64,000 nucleotides of DNA from Stegostoma tigrinum. Taxonomy: Eukaryota. The DNA is taken from the NCBI RefSeq assembly GCF_030684315.1, contig NC_081363.1, positions 23,376,116-23,440,115 of the forward strand, in the 5' to 3' direction. The notes below the pieces were generated by a model. That model ran no database searches, was not told where the DNA came from, and saw nothing but the letters and a program-made list of their open reading frames with translations. Shown one piece after another: positions 12,470 to 24,941 of the stretch. Made by a program: the position numbers and the translations under genes. Position 1 is the first letter of the stretch, and each line of letters begins with the position of its first letter.

Positions 12470-13495
12470 ATGCCATTCACACTATTCCAAATGTGGTCTG
12501 ACTGGTCCTTATATAGTTTAACCATGATTTCCCTATTTTTATACTCCATTTCCTCTGAAATAACGGTCAACATTTTATTGTCACCTCAAATACGTACTTT
12601 CCTTTTAATTCCTTTCTCGTAATTATGGTTCTCATGTCATGTATGTTAGTTTGTTGTAATACAGTGTAGAGTGAGAGGAACACAGCAGGCCAGGCAGCAT
12701 CAGAGGCACAGGGAAGTTGGTATTTCTGGTCAGGAACCTTTTTCAGAAATGAAGAAGGGTCCCAACACAAAATATCAACTTTCCTGCTCTTCTGATGCTG
12801 CCTGGTCTGCTGTGTTCCTCAAGCTCCACACTGTGTTATCTCTGTCTCCAGCACCTTCAGTTCTTACTACCACTGTTAGCTTGTCCTCATGCATTCACAA
12901 GAACTCCCGAATCCCTCAGTATATTTCAAATATCATTCTTCATTTATACAATATTCCACCATTCTATTCATTCTATCAGTGCCATAACCTCACATTTTGT
13001 CACATTACAGACCTTACACAAAATTTTTGCCGACTCTCATAACCATATATATTTGTCTGCAGACTCTTTGTGTCATCCTTACCACTTGACTGGCTACCTA
13101 TATTTGAATCACTCGCAAACTAGACAATGGTACATTCACTTGCCTCATTCAAGTTATTTGTATATGTCATAATTAAATGCATCCCCAGCACTGATTCCTG
13201 TGGCAGTCCATTCACTACAGGTGGCTATCCTGAATATGATGCCCTTATCCCAACTTTCTGACTTATATTAATTAAACAGCCTTCCATCCGTTCTGAATTA
13301 ATACCTCTACCACCATGGGGACTGATCTTATTAATTAGCCAACCAATACACCTTCCGATCAAAAGCCTTCTGAAAATCCACATATGTTATATTCACTGTT
13401 TCCCCCTTATCTATGCTGATCAATAATTCATCAAAGAATTCTAATAAATTTATCAGACACAATTTGTCCTTCATGAAATCACGCTAACAATGCAA
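12470..13495 (-). mobile_element. Old CR1 LINE RT fragment, interrupted by a palindromic element at 12655-12873
   Basis: Reverse-complement remnants CCCAGCACTGATTCCTG (PQGSVLG-like) and AAAGCCTTCTGAAAATCC (DFQKAF). Confidence 0.75.
12655..12873. mobile_element. Palindromic Penelope-like element (family C)
   Basis: Arms GAGGAACACAGCAGGCCAGGCAGCATCAGA / TCTGATGCTGCCTGGTCTGCTGTGTTCCTC meet at TTTCAGAAATGAAGAAGGGTC; probable 11-bp TSD TGTTAG(T/C)TTGT at 12644-12654 and 12874-12884. Confidence 0.8.
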
Positions 13496-14122
13496 TAAGA
13501 ACCACCATTCCTACTGCAGACTATGTGTTATCAGCTCACTGTTGTACAAGGTGATGATTTTGAAATACTTCATATTAAAGCTGCACTGAGCTCCAAAGAA
13601 ATCTGATGATGACACAGGGCCTTTGGTTAGATACAAATTTCTCAAGCACAAGGCCCCAGTGGAAAAATTTTTTGCCTCCTGTTTCAGTTAATCATTGAAA
13701 TTATGCCCACCTCATCATGTACCTTTTATTACTCATTTGAAGTAAATCATATCTCGATTTATGCTCTGACACTGCTAATTAGATAGGCCATAGACTCGAC
13801 ATCGAAAGGAAGACTGGTTTAATTCTGATACATTTCTGTTGCAGCTCTGTAAATTTTTGACTTTTTTTTTGTTACAGAAGCCAACTAACTCGTTTAGAGT
13901 TTTGTTTAAAAAAGAGTAGAAAGGAGCCCGGGTGGCAGCATTCCACAGTTATTTCAACCTATCTGCAATTTGTGTGTTTATGGTCCTTTCAAGGCTAGTG
14001 GTGGGACCCTGTTGCAACAGCAAATGCAAGCTTTGGTTAATGACGGATGAATATGATGAGTGGACTACATTTTCCAATTTTGTAAATTATGTATCAAAAC
14101 CATTGGTATGCCTGCTTTACAA

Positions 14123-14464
14123 CAGAGAACCCCTACAGTGTGGAGGCAGGTCATTCAGCCCATACAGTGCACACTGCTCCTCTGTAAAGCATGCACCCCC
14201 ATGCTATCCTGCAACCCTGCATTTCCAATGGCTAATCCACCTAACCTACACGTCTCTGAACATTATGGGCAGTATAGCATGGCCGATCCACCTAACCTGC
14301 ACATCTTTGGGCTGTGGAAGGGAATTGGGGCACCCAGAGGAAATCCATACAGACACAAGGAGAAAGTGCAAACTCCACACAGACAGTCACCTGAGGTTCA
14401 AATCGAGCCAGGTGCCCTGGCACTGTGACGCAGCAGTGCTAACCACTGAGCCACTGTGCCTCCC
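14123..14464 (-). mobile_element. HE1-type V-SINE, full length
   Basis: Minus strand GGGAGGCACAGTGGCTCAGTGGTTAGCACTGCTG, V-domain core, tail CCACACTGTAGGG; homologous to 2200-2516. Confidence 0.88.
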
Positions 14465-15767
14465 ACGTTCTGGTAATTTGGACTTCTTTGGTACATGTAC
14501 AGCATATTGCCTTAATGCCCTTCTCAGTATGAGTCACTGTCTGCACTGTGCTTGATGCAGTCAGAAATGTACTGTCCCCCATTTTGGAAGACTTCCAGCT
14601 TTCATTCACCATCTCTAACTGTACTATGGATCCAAATTCTGACCACTTTGCATTCAAACAATTTATTAAAAAATAGATTTTACCAACTCCACATCATCAT
14701 TTGTTAATTCCAATTTATATCCCACTTATTTGAAGCCAAATTCAAAGAGTAAAAATAAAAATTGAAATTGATTTTGATTCATAATCATAATTTCTCAACA
14801 TAAAATTACAATGTAAAGAAGTCTTGCAGAATACTGGATTGTTTGAAGTGTGCTCCTGGACTGTAACATAACCTGTAGTTTCCAATTATATCAGAAACCA
14901 CAGAGGTCAAGTGATTTATAAAGTCATTGAAATGCAATATTGTTCAAGCCAGTGTTGATTACTGATATATGGACAATTTCTTTCCTGTTTTAAAGAATTC
15001 TATTGAACTTGACTTGACCACTGCAATTCCTGGTATTGATGACAGTGAATAGTCTCACCTTGACTCAGTTGATTCACTCGTTTTCCCAGTAGGAACTTAC
15101 CAGTGGAAGATGGATTTCTGGAAATACACATGAAGAAGGAATGATATGATTGCTAGGTCAGAGGAAGTTGTAGGAAAACATATAAACGCCTAAAAGAAAT
15201 TGTCCTCAATTTTGAAGTACAACCCCAATGATTGCACAGGATTACCAAATGGATTATGAAGGCATCTATAAATATAAAATGGCTTACATGGGATGATTAG
15301 TAATTCAGTTAGGAATGTGGTAACCAGAGATAGAGGGCTAATTACTGCTTTCCTTCGCAATTCAGGCCTTTAGTATCGTGTTTGGCCAACTGCTTTCGGG
15401 AAACATGAAAGTCATTGTCGGCCTCATGTGAATCAATGATATAACAAAACATAGCCAACACGCTTAAGAGAGGGTAGGGGAATTGGGACATGAAAATTAA
15501 TTTAGAGATCTGTTCTGTGGGGGAGTGCTATGACGAGGATTTGTTATGAAATGAGAAACACAGATGATTGGGTTCCCCTTCGTGTCATGTGGAATTTAAA
15601 TGCAGCTCCACTTGGTTTTTTTTCTCTCTATAAGTTCCAGCAGTCAGGCATTTTGATTCACAAGTTGGAGGTGTGTTGGGCAAAGAAGTCTCCAGTACAT
15701 CACCAAATGAGTTTAGATGGATACATTGGAGAAGTGAGCAAGGTCAAGTAGTTTGAGTGCAATTGCA

Positions 15768-16099
15768 TTTTTTATTCATTCATGGGATGTGGGAATCACT
15801 GGGTTGGCAGCATTTATTGCCCACCTGTAATTGCCAAGTGAGAAGCTTACAGTCAACCACATTTCTGTGGGTCCAGATACATGTGCCAGATGGATAGCAG
15901 TTTTCTTTCCTAAAGGGCATAGAGGGCCAGTTTGATTTTTCCAACAATCAACAATGGATTCATGGTCCTTACTGGACTTGTAATTCCAGATTTGTGATTC
16001 TTTTCATCAAAGTCAAAGCTACCATCTGCTGTGCTGGAATTCAAACCTGGGTCCCCGGAACTTTGTGTCTGGAGTTCAGCCATCATACTACTGCGACAC
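15768..16099 (-). mobile_element. tRNA-derived SINE (family 2) sharing its 3' tail with LINE family 2
   Basis: Minus-strand B box GGTTTGAATTCC; homologous to 17478 and 49811; tail GGGCAATAAATGCTG...CCCACATCCCATGAATGAATAAAAA. Confidence 0.75.
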
Positions 16100-16984
16100 A
16101 TATGGTAGGGTGGGTACTGTGGTAATTAGGTATGGCCCAGGCTTGTTGTACCTGGAAATCCTGCTCCTTTTCAGGCCTACAGGCAATGATGTAAAGATAA
16201 TTGTCAGATGGATTTAACCCTCCTTGCATCGCCTCAGCCATCAGGTTTCCAAAGTGTGTGAAAACTTCAGAGTTTGGTTACAAATATAATGACTTTTAAA
16301 ATCAAGTTACACAGCCTCATTCAAATATTCAGATGAACTCAGATGACCGAACCACTCCCAGTGAGAAGATTGACTGCCCATTATCCTGTCCAAATTCCAA
16401 TAAGACTGGAAATGCTCATGTTTCATTCCTGTTCCAGATTGTACCTTTACATTTTAAACTCTGACACAACGTCAATTCCGCAGTTTTAGGAGCAGAAATT
16501 AGCTGTTAGAAAGAATGTTAACTCAAAGAAGAAGACATAAAAAACTTGTGGAAAACAATCAATATGAGAAAACACACAAACTGGACAAATTTCTATGCAT
16601 GCAGACTGGGAGAATTATAAGCAATCATGCCACAGAATTTATTTATTTATCATATTTATTAGAACTAACAGAAGGTTGGCTGCAAATTGTGTGGGAATGG
16701 AGAATAAACATGTCCAGCTTATAATTAACAGGGGTGGACAAAGCAATGATGTGCACACTATAAAAGCTTCAGGCAGAGTCAAAATGAATAGAGATTAAAG
16801 ATGAAAATGTTTTTCTTCCTTTGTTGGAATTGTACTCGATTATTCTTATTGGGGGAGGAGATTGAACTTTTCCCACAAACAGTGTGTTAAATTCTGTTCT
16901 TCAGCTGTTGAAACTCCCATTTGGATCTGTGTTATCTATTTGAACAGACTCCTGTCTGACCCCAAATGCTGTCGTCTCAATAGG

Positions 16985-17461
16985 TCATGCAAAGTTCTGC
17001 TGCATTTGTCACAACTTGCATGAAATCCCATTCATCACCCCATACATGTTTAATTTCATTGCTCTTAGTTAGGCTATACTTCAGTTTTAAAATTCCCATC
17101 CTCATTTTCAAATCCTTCCATGGCCTCCTTACCTCTGAAGGCTCCTCCACCTTAACAATCCTCTAAGATATGTCCATTTCTTTTGATGCCCATAAGCATC
17201 CCAGATTTCATTAATTTCACCACTGGCAACCATGCCTTCAACTGCTCAAAGCCCTAAATGCTGGAATTATCTCCTTAAACCTTTTGTTTCAATAGATCTT
17301 TTCTGAAAAACTCCTTAAAAGCTAATCCTTTTACCTTATCTTATGACTATCCATCCTTATATGATTCTGCCTTTGTGTGTTTTGAACTTTAAGTATTCCT
17401 ACGAAGTGGCTAAGCAATTTTTATTATGTTAAAGGAATGTTGCAAAAAATAAATTGTTGTT
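16985..17461 (+). mobile_element. L2-like LINE 3' end
   Basis: TTTTAAAATTCCCATCCTCATTTTCAAATCCTTCCATGGCCTC (FKI.ILIFKS.HGL), GCCTTCA...CTGGAATT; tail TGTTAAAGG...TTGTTGTT. Confidence 0.7.
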
Positions 17462-17477
17462 ACACCCTTTCCCATGG

Positions 17478-17828
17478 GAACACAGTGGTCATATCACTGG
17501 ACTCGAGACGAGTAAACTTAAACCCTAGGCTAATGTTCTGGAGAGATGGGTTCAAATCCTACAATGGCAGATGGTGAAATCTTAATTCCACTAAAAATCT
17601 GGAATTAAAACACAACATTAACCTAACTTGAAATATGTCAATGTTGTAAAAGCCCATCTGGTTCACTTATGTCCTTTAGGGAAGGAAATCTGCCATCTTT
17701 ACTAGTCTGGCCTGCACACGACTCTGGACCCACTGCAATGTGCTAAACCTGTGAAATTATGGATCGACAAGAAAGGCTAGTCGAGCCAGCAGTGTCCATT
17801 GCCCATGATCCCATGAATTTTTAAAAAA
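17478..17828 (+). mobile_element. tRNA-derived SINE (family 2)
   Basis: CACAGTGGT...GGGTTCAAATCC (B box); core CTGGTTCACTTATGTCCTTTAGGGAAGGAAATCTGCC; tail CCCATGAATTTTTAAAAAA. Confidence 0.8.
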
Positions 17829-19117
17829 TGACACTGAAATTGCTGTTTGTATCAAAATAGAAAACATTTACATCTCTCAGTTACTTCCCTCAAATAAAGA
17901 ATGGTTTATTGAACAGGATTCAACAACAAAGGATTCCTGTGGACCACATCAAAGTCTCTTAAAGAAGATGAGAGAATATAGAAGGATTGGAGTGTCAAAG
18001 AATTGAAATCATCAGTGAAGAACTGCAGTGTCTCACTTTGATGTAAGAGCAAAATAGACACCAATGATAGACAAAATTTATAGGAGGTATCACTTAACAC
18101 CCATAGAAAATAAAGAGATCAGCAAGTAATTAGAAACAAAACATAACAAATGAAAATAGAAAGCAGCATTTCCTTCCTGTCCCTGGCATGCTGTGTTCAC
18201 AGCTTCATGCTTTTTGACAGCTTTTAATGGGTTTTGACCCGGACTAGTTGGCATAGCCTCCCATTGCTGTCAGCACGCCTGTGTTATTACTTGCAGTTTG
18301 TATGGGAGACATGCAAACTCAAGACTAATCAGTTTTGTCTAATTAACTGGTGATCTGGTGAAGCCATGTGTGTTTGAATTGGGAAACGAAGCACAACTCA
18401 TCCTGAGGCTGAAAACCCTGCTGTTCAGAGGTGCCATTTATTTTAATCAAGTGGTGCAGCATTAAACACCGGCTTCCTTCAGCTGTTTGCAGTTTGGATT
18501 GATTTGGACCCGCGTCTCTTTTAAGTGACTGACTCTATTCATAAGTTGGAATGAACTGCAGGTTGAGTGAGCCGAAAAAGAAGTCTGAAATGTGGAAAAA
18601 ATTCAATATTTTCAAGATATTGAGATGATGTGAACATTCCAGTTTAAAAAAATGCCGCAATCTTTAGTCATCCTTATTCACAAGTGACCTAGCATACATA
18701 ACCAGACAAGCTCAGAATGGCTAGTGTTTGCAAATCTTGGGTGCTCACACTCCAGCTGTTATAGACGCTTGCTGATCTTTTAAATAAACAAGTGGATCTG
18801 AACTTGTGTGGTCCTTGGCCTAATTCCAACCTTAGAATTGGCCATATGATCATGTTTTACTACGATGATGTACATAGTAAAAAATAGTTTGTATCACCAT
18901 TGATCATACGTTGTCATATCATCATGTCATCATCTAGATAACACTGCAACATTTTACGATTTCCTGAAGCAGCCCATTTTCTCGGGGAGGAACCAGACTG
19001 GATGTAACACCATGGGAAAACATGAGCACTGCTGTTTAGCACAACTTTCAAGCAAACCAGAAACAGCTTTAGCAACAAACAATAATTTGACAAAGAGTTT
19101 TTAAGAAAAAGCTCGCC

Positions 19118-19190
19118 GAAAATCAGAAATAAAGATAGAAAATACTAGAAATTTTGGCAGTGTCTCTGCAGACAGAAAACAGAATTAATA
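19118..19190 (-). mobile_element. Highly decayed family-B Penelope-like arm
   Basis: AAATCAGAAATAAAGATAGAAAATACT...GGCAGTGTCTCTGCAGACAGAAAACAGAATTAAT resembles the arms at 52090 and 63743. Confidence 0.5.
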
Positions 19191-19439
19191 AAATTCTTTG
19201 AGGTTGATGGCATTTACTGAATCTATCTGTGCATGTAATTCAGCATTTGACAATATGCCATTGCCTGCAGCACTGGTTGTATCTGTAGGATCATGGTCAT
19301 GTTTTCAGTGAACAAACAAGCTGTAAATTCCCAGCAGTTCTGAATAAATTAATTGCCCCTTTCTGAAATACTTACTCATTTTGCCTGTTTCAGATGTTAC
19401 TGTGCATTATAGATATTTGTAACATCCTGTACAGAAGAT

Positions 19440-19526
19440 CCACGATACACCTCTGAAACAGATAGGACTTAAACCCAGGCCTCCACATTCAGAGGTAGGC
19501 ACACTACCATTGTGCCACAAGAGCTC
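19440..19526 (-). mobile_element. Short tRNA-derived SINE (family 3)
   Basis: Minus strand GCTCTTGTGGCACAATGGTAGTG...CTGGGTTTAAGTCCTATCTG...CAGAGGTGT; homologous to 43017-43133. Confidence 0.65.
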
Positions 19527-21156
19527 TTTATTCCACATTGTATAATTGCTGCAAGATTACTTTTTTTTTAAATCAAGTTTTGTGAGCAATCATTTCATTT
19601 TAAAGAACCAGCAGTGCTTGGAAAATGTGATTGTGAATATTTCATGTGAGGTTTTACAAAATGTCCAGCGATCTGCCTAATGTGTCAGCTGCTGGTACTA
19701 TTCACATCATGGAATGTCATCATATTACAAAAACATAATTGGCTTGTGAAAATATCATTGTCTCCTGTGATTTTATTGTGAATGTGTGGTGCACAGCTGC
19801 TGTGAATAACCTTCTCCTTGCGCAGAAACAAATGGCAGCCCTTTAAAATCAGACAGGACCTAAAAATAGATTTCCTGTTTAAGGGGCGAAACCCATGAAA
19901 TGAAAGTTACTGCAATCATGCTGCTGACATACCCATGCTTAATCATCATATATTAGGAAGATGGAGGATGTTAAAAGGTGGTTTGGGTCAGAAGATCATA
20001 TCACACTAAGTACAGTGAAATTGTCAACCTAATATGGCACTTTGGGAATTCTGGAGGCAGTTCGCTGATGGGTTCATGTCAAGAAAGAGATATGGCCAGT
20101 GCAAGATGGCATCAAATGTTGGAATTCTTGCTGCTGGCAGGGTGCAAGTGCTGAGGTCCATGAAGAGGCATAAGTTTTTCTCACCATTACTTGACATGGA
20201 AATCCCCTGAAATTCATATGATTAGGTTTTGAAATTAGACCTCGAAGCAACTGGGCAAACTATCAACAGTTCCAACATTGTTAAATTGGATGGCCAGCAT
20301 CAGTTGCAGGAAACTTCTAAATACAAAGCAAAACCAATTCAGCAGTCCCTAAGAATGGTTACATGGATTGTAATGCTTGTTTTCCCATTGCATTTAATGT
20401 GATGTAGATAGCATTTCAACTGGGTGCTGTCTTCCACTTAATATGAGTGTATAAATGCAGCCAATGTCAACTCTTCTAATGACTGGCTACACACCTTGAT
20501 GAGTGATCCAAAATTGTGAAAGGCTGGTGAAGGCCAGCCTGTTCCTCTTACAATGGAGTGGCAGTATCTCTGAAGAAAGTGCTGGAAGCTATAAGCATTT
20601 TACATCTACTAGCTCGCGAAAATAAAAATTGAACCATTTACAAAATATGTCACCAGAAAAATAGCTTAATATAACATCATAAACTGTCAATCAAACAAAA
20701 CTTCTTTTCATCGCACCTGTTTTTACAAGGTTCATAACTTTGTGGAGTCATAGTTGCGTTTCTATTATTGGTACTTTGAAAACCTGGGTGTCAATATCTT
20801 TTACTTACAGCAAGAGCAGTTTTGTGTCCCAAAAAAAATTTGAATGGGTGTTTTTAATTGTTCATTGTTTCCCTATAGAATATATATTGGGTGAATGAGC
20901 ATGGAACACCCGTGAGTTGTCATGCTCAGTATGAAATGCCATTGGTAGTGGATGGAAGCTTGAATTGGCATGAGGAAAGAAAGGGCATTTAGGAGTAAAT
21001 GGGCATAAATTGGCATGGATGGTGTGAGGGGCCTCAGAGATTCGTGGGAGACATGAGTTGGCATGGAATTGACATGGGAGAATGGGTAGCACATTTCAAG
21101 CTAATCATTCAAAAATCTAGACTGTGGCACATACACCCCAAGAAAGGCTGGCCGAT

Positions 21157-22590
21157 GAGACCATAAGACGTGGGAGCAGAAGTAGGTCATTCAGCCCATC
21201 AAGCGTACACCACTCATCTCTGGGATTTTGGCTGATTGGATATTCCTTAACTTCACTTTCCTGCCTTTTCCCTACTACCCTTAATTTCCTTACACATTAA
21301 AAATGTGTCCATCTCAGCATTCAGCGTACAGTCAACCCAACCTCAACTGCTGTCTTTGGCAAAGAATTCAACAGATTCATACCTTCTGATAGAAGAAACT
21401 CCCCGTCATTTCTGTTTTAAATGTATGACCCCTTACTCTGAGATTATATCTTTGTTTCCCTGTGTGTGAGTGTCTAGGACCAATCTTCCCACGTCGACCA
21501 TGTTAAATCTGCTAATGATCATACATGCTTCAAAAAGGTCGCCTTTTATTCTTTCAAATCCCATTAGGTACATGCTCAACCCACTCAACCTTTCCTCATT
21601 AGACAGTCCCTCCATAGACACCATCAGCACAGTAAACCTTCTTTAGATTGCCTTAGAGAAAGGGCCCTAAATTTTGAAAGGATTCCAGCTGTGGACTGGT
21701 TTGTGTATTTGTAAAATTTTTGCAAAACCTCCCTACTTTTATTATCCATTCCCTTTGAAATAAAACCTTTACCATTAGCCATTGAATATGAATACTAGCT
21801 TTCTGTGATTCCTGGACAAGGACTCCCGAATTCCTCTCTGTAGCATTAAGCAGCTTTTCTCCATTTAAATAATATTTTGTTCCTCTCCTCTTCCGGCAAA
21901 AGTGCGTAACATCACATTTCCCCAACAATATATTCCGTCTGGTATATTTTTCCCACCTATTTAACCTGTCTATATCCCTCTCCAAACTCTTTGTGTCATC
22001 TTCATCAGTTGCCCTCCCACCTATTTGTGTGTCTTTCCCCAAACTTGGCAATAGTATTTTCATTTTCCTCATCCATATCATTCATATACATTATAAATAA
22101 TTGTGCCTCACATGATCCCTGTGACATACCACTATTTCAGGTTGCCAGCTTAAAAATGCATTCCTTATCTCAACTTTCTGTCTTGTATTAGTTAGCTAAT
22201 CCTCAATCCATGCTAGTATACTACCTCCAACTCCATGCTCCCTTATCTTATTAAGTAGGCAAATATATGGCACAGAGCACAAAGACCCACAGCTTCCCCT
22301 TTATCTATCCTGGTTGTTACATCCACAAAAAAATTCTATGAACATTGTCAGGTATGATTTCCCCCTGGATTATATTGTGCATATTTAACTGCTCTGTTAC
22401 ATTCTTTGTTATAACATCCAACAATTTCCCAGTAACAGACAATAAGCTAACTAGCTGAGATTAAAATATTTTTGTCTCTTCACTTTCTAAGTAAAGGTCT
22501 TATATTGGCAGTTTTCCAGTATTCTGGGATTTCTTTTAGAGTCTAAGGATTTCTAGAAAATGACTACCAGTGCATCCATGATCTCAACAT
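21157..22590 (-). mobile_element. Decayed CR1 LINE (RT to 3' UTR)
   Basis: ORF pieces KDTQIGG...SLERDIDRL, GLSNEERLSGL...RIKGDL; reverse-complement 3' UTR from 21157. Confidence 0.85.
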
Positions 22591-23049
22591 CTGTGAACCT
22601 GTGTCACACAGAAGTTGCCTTGACTGTGCAAAAATTATGGGGATCTTGGAAATTCCTATCCACTCAATGAGCCAGTGAGGGAATGCAGGGTGTTATATTT
22701 TCAGCTGCAATCTTATCCAGCATCAGAAAATTGGGGGAATTGGAATGGGGTGGAAATTCCAGAATCAGATGCTGCCCGACATTTTTAAAGGATTCTCGGT
22801 TCCTTCGGGCCCTAGGAAATCCAGCACACAGTAATTGCCTCTCAGATAACGGGCTTTGCCAGAAATGCTTCTCTGTGAATGTCACATGCCAGCTGGACAT
22901 TGAAGGAGTAAAACTGCCTTTTTTTTTGCGATGTAGCTAAAGTTCAGACATACCATCCACAAAACCTGCCAAGCCTGCAATTCCTAAAATCCATGTGGTC
23001 ACTTTCACCTGATTTTTAATAACAAGAATAAATGAAATATATTACATTC

Positions 23050-23290
23050 AAAGAATAAATTCTTCCTACTAAATCCTTTATGCAGCAGGGAACAATAAAT
23101 GACAAGGTATGAACACATTTCCATCACCAGCTAAGAAGGAGAAAAAGCATAAAAGTTCATTATTATTATTGTTTCCACAGCCACTGCTCCAAGTTTGGGA
23201 CTGAGGCTGCAACAAGTGATAGACTCCAGGGAGGATATCCTTTTTGGAAGTATAGATTTTTCACATATTTTTCAAGGAAAGGAGTTGTCA
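23050..23290 (-). pseudogene. Fossil PIF/Harbinger (HARBI1-like) transposase N-terminal fragment
   Basis: Minus strand with frameshifts: KYVKNLYFQK-DILPGVYHLLQP...VAVETIIIMNFYA-SFLAGDGNV...FIVPCCIKDL, resembling the Harbinger pattern LRF...HLLQP...VAVKVTAALNFYASGSFQ...GD...AVHCCI.EV. Confidence 0.65.
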
Positions 23291-23699
23291 TCTGAGCAAC
23301 TTGAGCAGAAATAACTACCTGCTGAGCAGTATTCCAACCTGCTTCCATCTCCTTCTTCTTCCTGCAACTCTTCCATTTTGGAGTTTCCTCTACTTGTCTG
23401 CCAACTCACGCCTTATTCTAAATGATGCCATGAACTCACGTTTAAGAACAATATATGTTTGTGCAAGAGGTCAGCCAAGATCCCTTCAGACACTGCCACA
23501 ACCCTCCCTGCAGACAATTCAATTTAAAAGGGCAATTACTTGTGTCTTTCTCTCTGGGGAATCTGACTTGTGGGAACAACCAAACACATGGAATCGAGAC
23601 TGACACTTCAGAGCAGTACATACCCCCAAAAAATTATGTGATTGTCTTATTTTTTGGGGGGGGGGGCCCTGATGTGTAAAAATGGACGTTTTCCTTGTC

Positions 23700-23925
23700 T
23701 GATCATAGAATGAGGGCATTGCTGGCAATGTCATTATTCATTGCTCAACTCTAACTGCCCTTGAGTAGGTGGTAACAAACCATCTTTTGAAGTTCAGCAG
23801 TCCACGTGGTTAAGGTACAGCCTTTGTACTGTCCACATTAAATTTCAAGCACTTTGACCAAACAATCAAGAAAGAATGGCACTTTGGTTAGCATTGAGAT
23901 GGTAATATTCCTGTGTGCCTGCTGT
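23700..23925 (-). mobile_element. LINE family 2 3' end
   Basis: GGGCATTGCTGGC...ACTGCCCTTGAGTAGGTGG...GCAGTCCA, homologous to 55715-56050. Confidence 0.65.
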
Positions 23926-24534
23926 GTCTATTCATAGTTGACGCTGGTGTTGTTTCCTCCAATGACCACATTTCAAATCAGCACCTACGTGTGTTTAAAG
24001 CACATTGCAACATGGCCAAAGACAAATAAAATGTTACTTGCACTTTCTTCCTCTTCATTCAAATCACATGAGCACATTTACCCCACAGATGCGCCCTGAC
24101 CCTTGCTTCTTCTGGTTGTGTCAAGTCTAAGAGTGATGACAAATTTGTACTTTGCCTTGGTTTTCAGGATGAATTGTGATTAAATGATGGAAGTTTCTCC
24201 TGTCTTGTTTCTTATTTCCAATTTTGGCTGTTATATTATTCATTTTGGCATTGTCAAGAATGAAGTGAACCTGTTCACACCATGCTTGGCTTCAGCCAAT
24301 TATTATCTGTGTTCAAGAGCCAAATTCATTAATGAGGATCAAAAAAAGTTACACTTTAAGTACACACTCCACTCACTAATATATTCAAGCTGAAAACCAG
24401 ATTTAGTATGACTTGGCAGAACAAGTACTAGTTAGAAAAGCCAATGATTTTAGAAAGTTGTAATTGTACAATTAAGCTTCCAAAATGTTTACCACTTACT
24501 TGGAGATAGGTATCATTAGTCTCTGAAAAGCAGT

Positions 24535-24590
24535 AGCTTCACACTTTGTTATCTTGGATTCTCCAGCATCTGCAGTTCCCATTATCTCTG
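24535..24590 (+). mobile_element. About 50-bp tail-only family-A Penelope-like insertion
   Basis: ACACTTTGTTATCTTGGATTCTCCAGCATCTGCAGTTCCCATTATCTCTG, flanked by the direct repeat TCTCTGAAAAGCAGT at 24520-24534 and 24585-24599. Confidence 0.85.
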
Positions 24591-24726
24591 AAAAGCAGTG
24601 TTTGCTTATGTTACCAACCTAATAAACTCTGCAGCCGTAACAGTTTTTTTTACACAGAAGGACAGCATGCAGACCATTTGAATCTGTGATGTCTCTGCGA
24701 GACCAAACCAAAACCAAATCCAGTGC

Positions 24727-24927
24727 TAACAAAGTGTGGGGCTGGATGAACACAGCAGGCCGAGCAGCATTCTAGGAGCACAAAAGCTGACGTTTCGGGC
24801 CTAGACCCTTGGCCTGAATTGTCAGCTTTTGCTCTCCTAGGATGTTGCTTGGCCTGCTGTGTTCATCCAGCCCCACACTTTGTTATCTTGGATTCTCTAG
24901 CATCTGCAGTTCCCATTATCTCTGATC
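24727..24927. mobile_element. Palindromic Penelope-like element (family A)
   Basis: Inverted arms TAACAAAGTGTGGGGCTGGATGAACACAGCAGGCC / GGCCTGCTGTGTTCATCCAGCCCCACACTTTGTTA; minus strand GGG-TCTAGG-CCC-GAAACGTC; perfect 14-bp TSD CCAAATCCAGTGCT at 24714-24727 and 24928-24941. Confidence 0.9.
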
Positions 24928-24941
24928 CCAAATCCAGTGCT

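Noticed and set aside
13551-13606. Possible C/D-box snoRNA (GTGATGA...CTGA...CTGA)
   Set aside because: Only 56 nt, no terminal stem, no recognisable rRNA or snRNA guide
13932-14555. 207-aa ORF
   Set aside because: More than half of it is the antisense of an HE1 SINE; chance open frame
23181-23314. Plus-strand terminal-exon candidate (TAPSLGLRLQQVIDSREDILFG...*)
   Set aside because: Better explained as the antisense of the Harbinger transposase fossil
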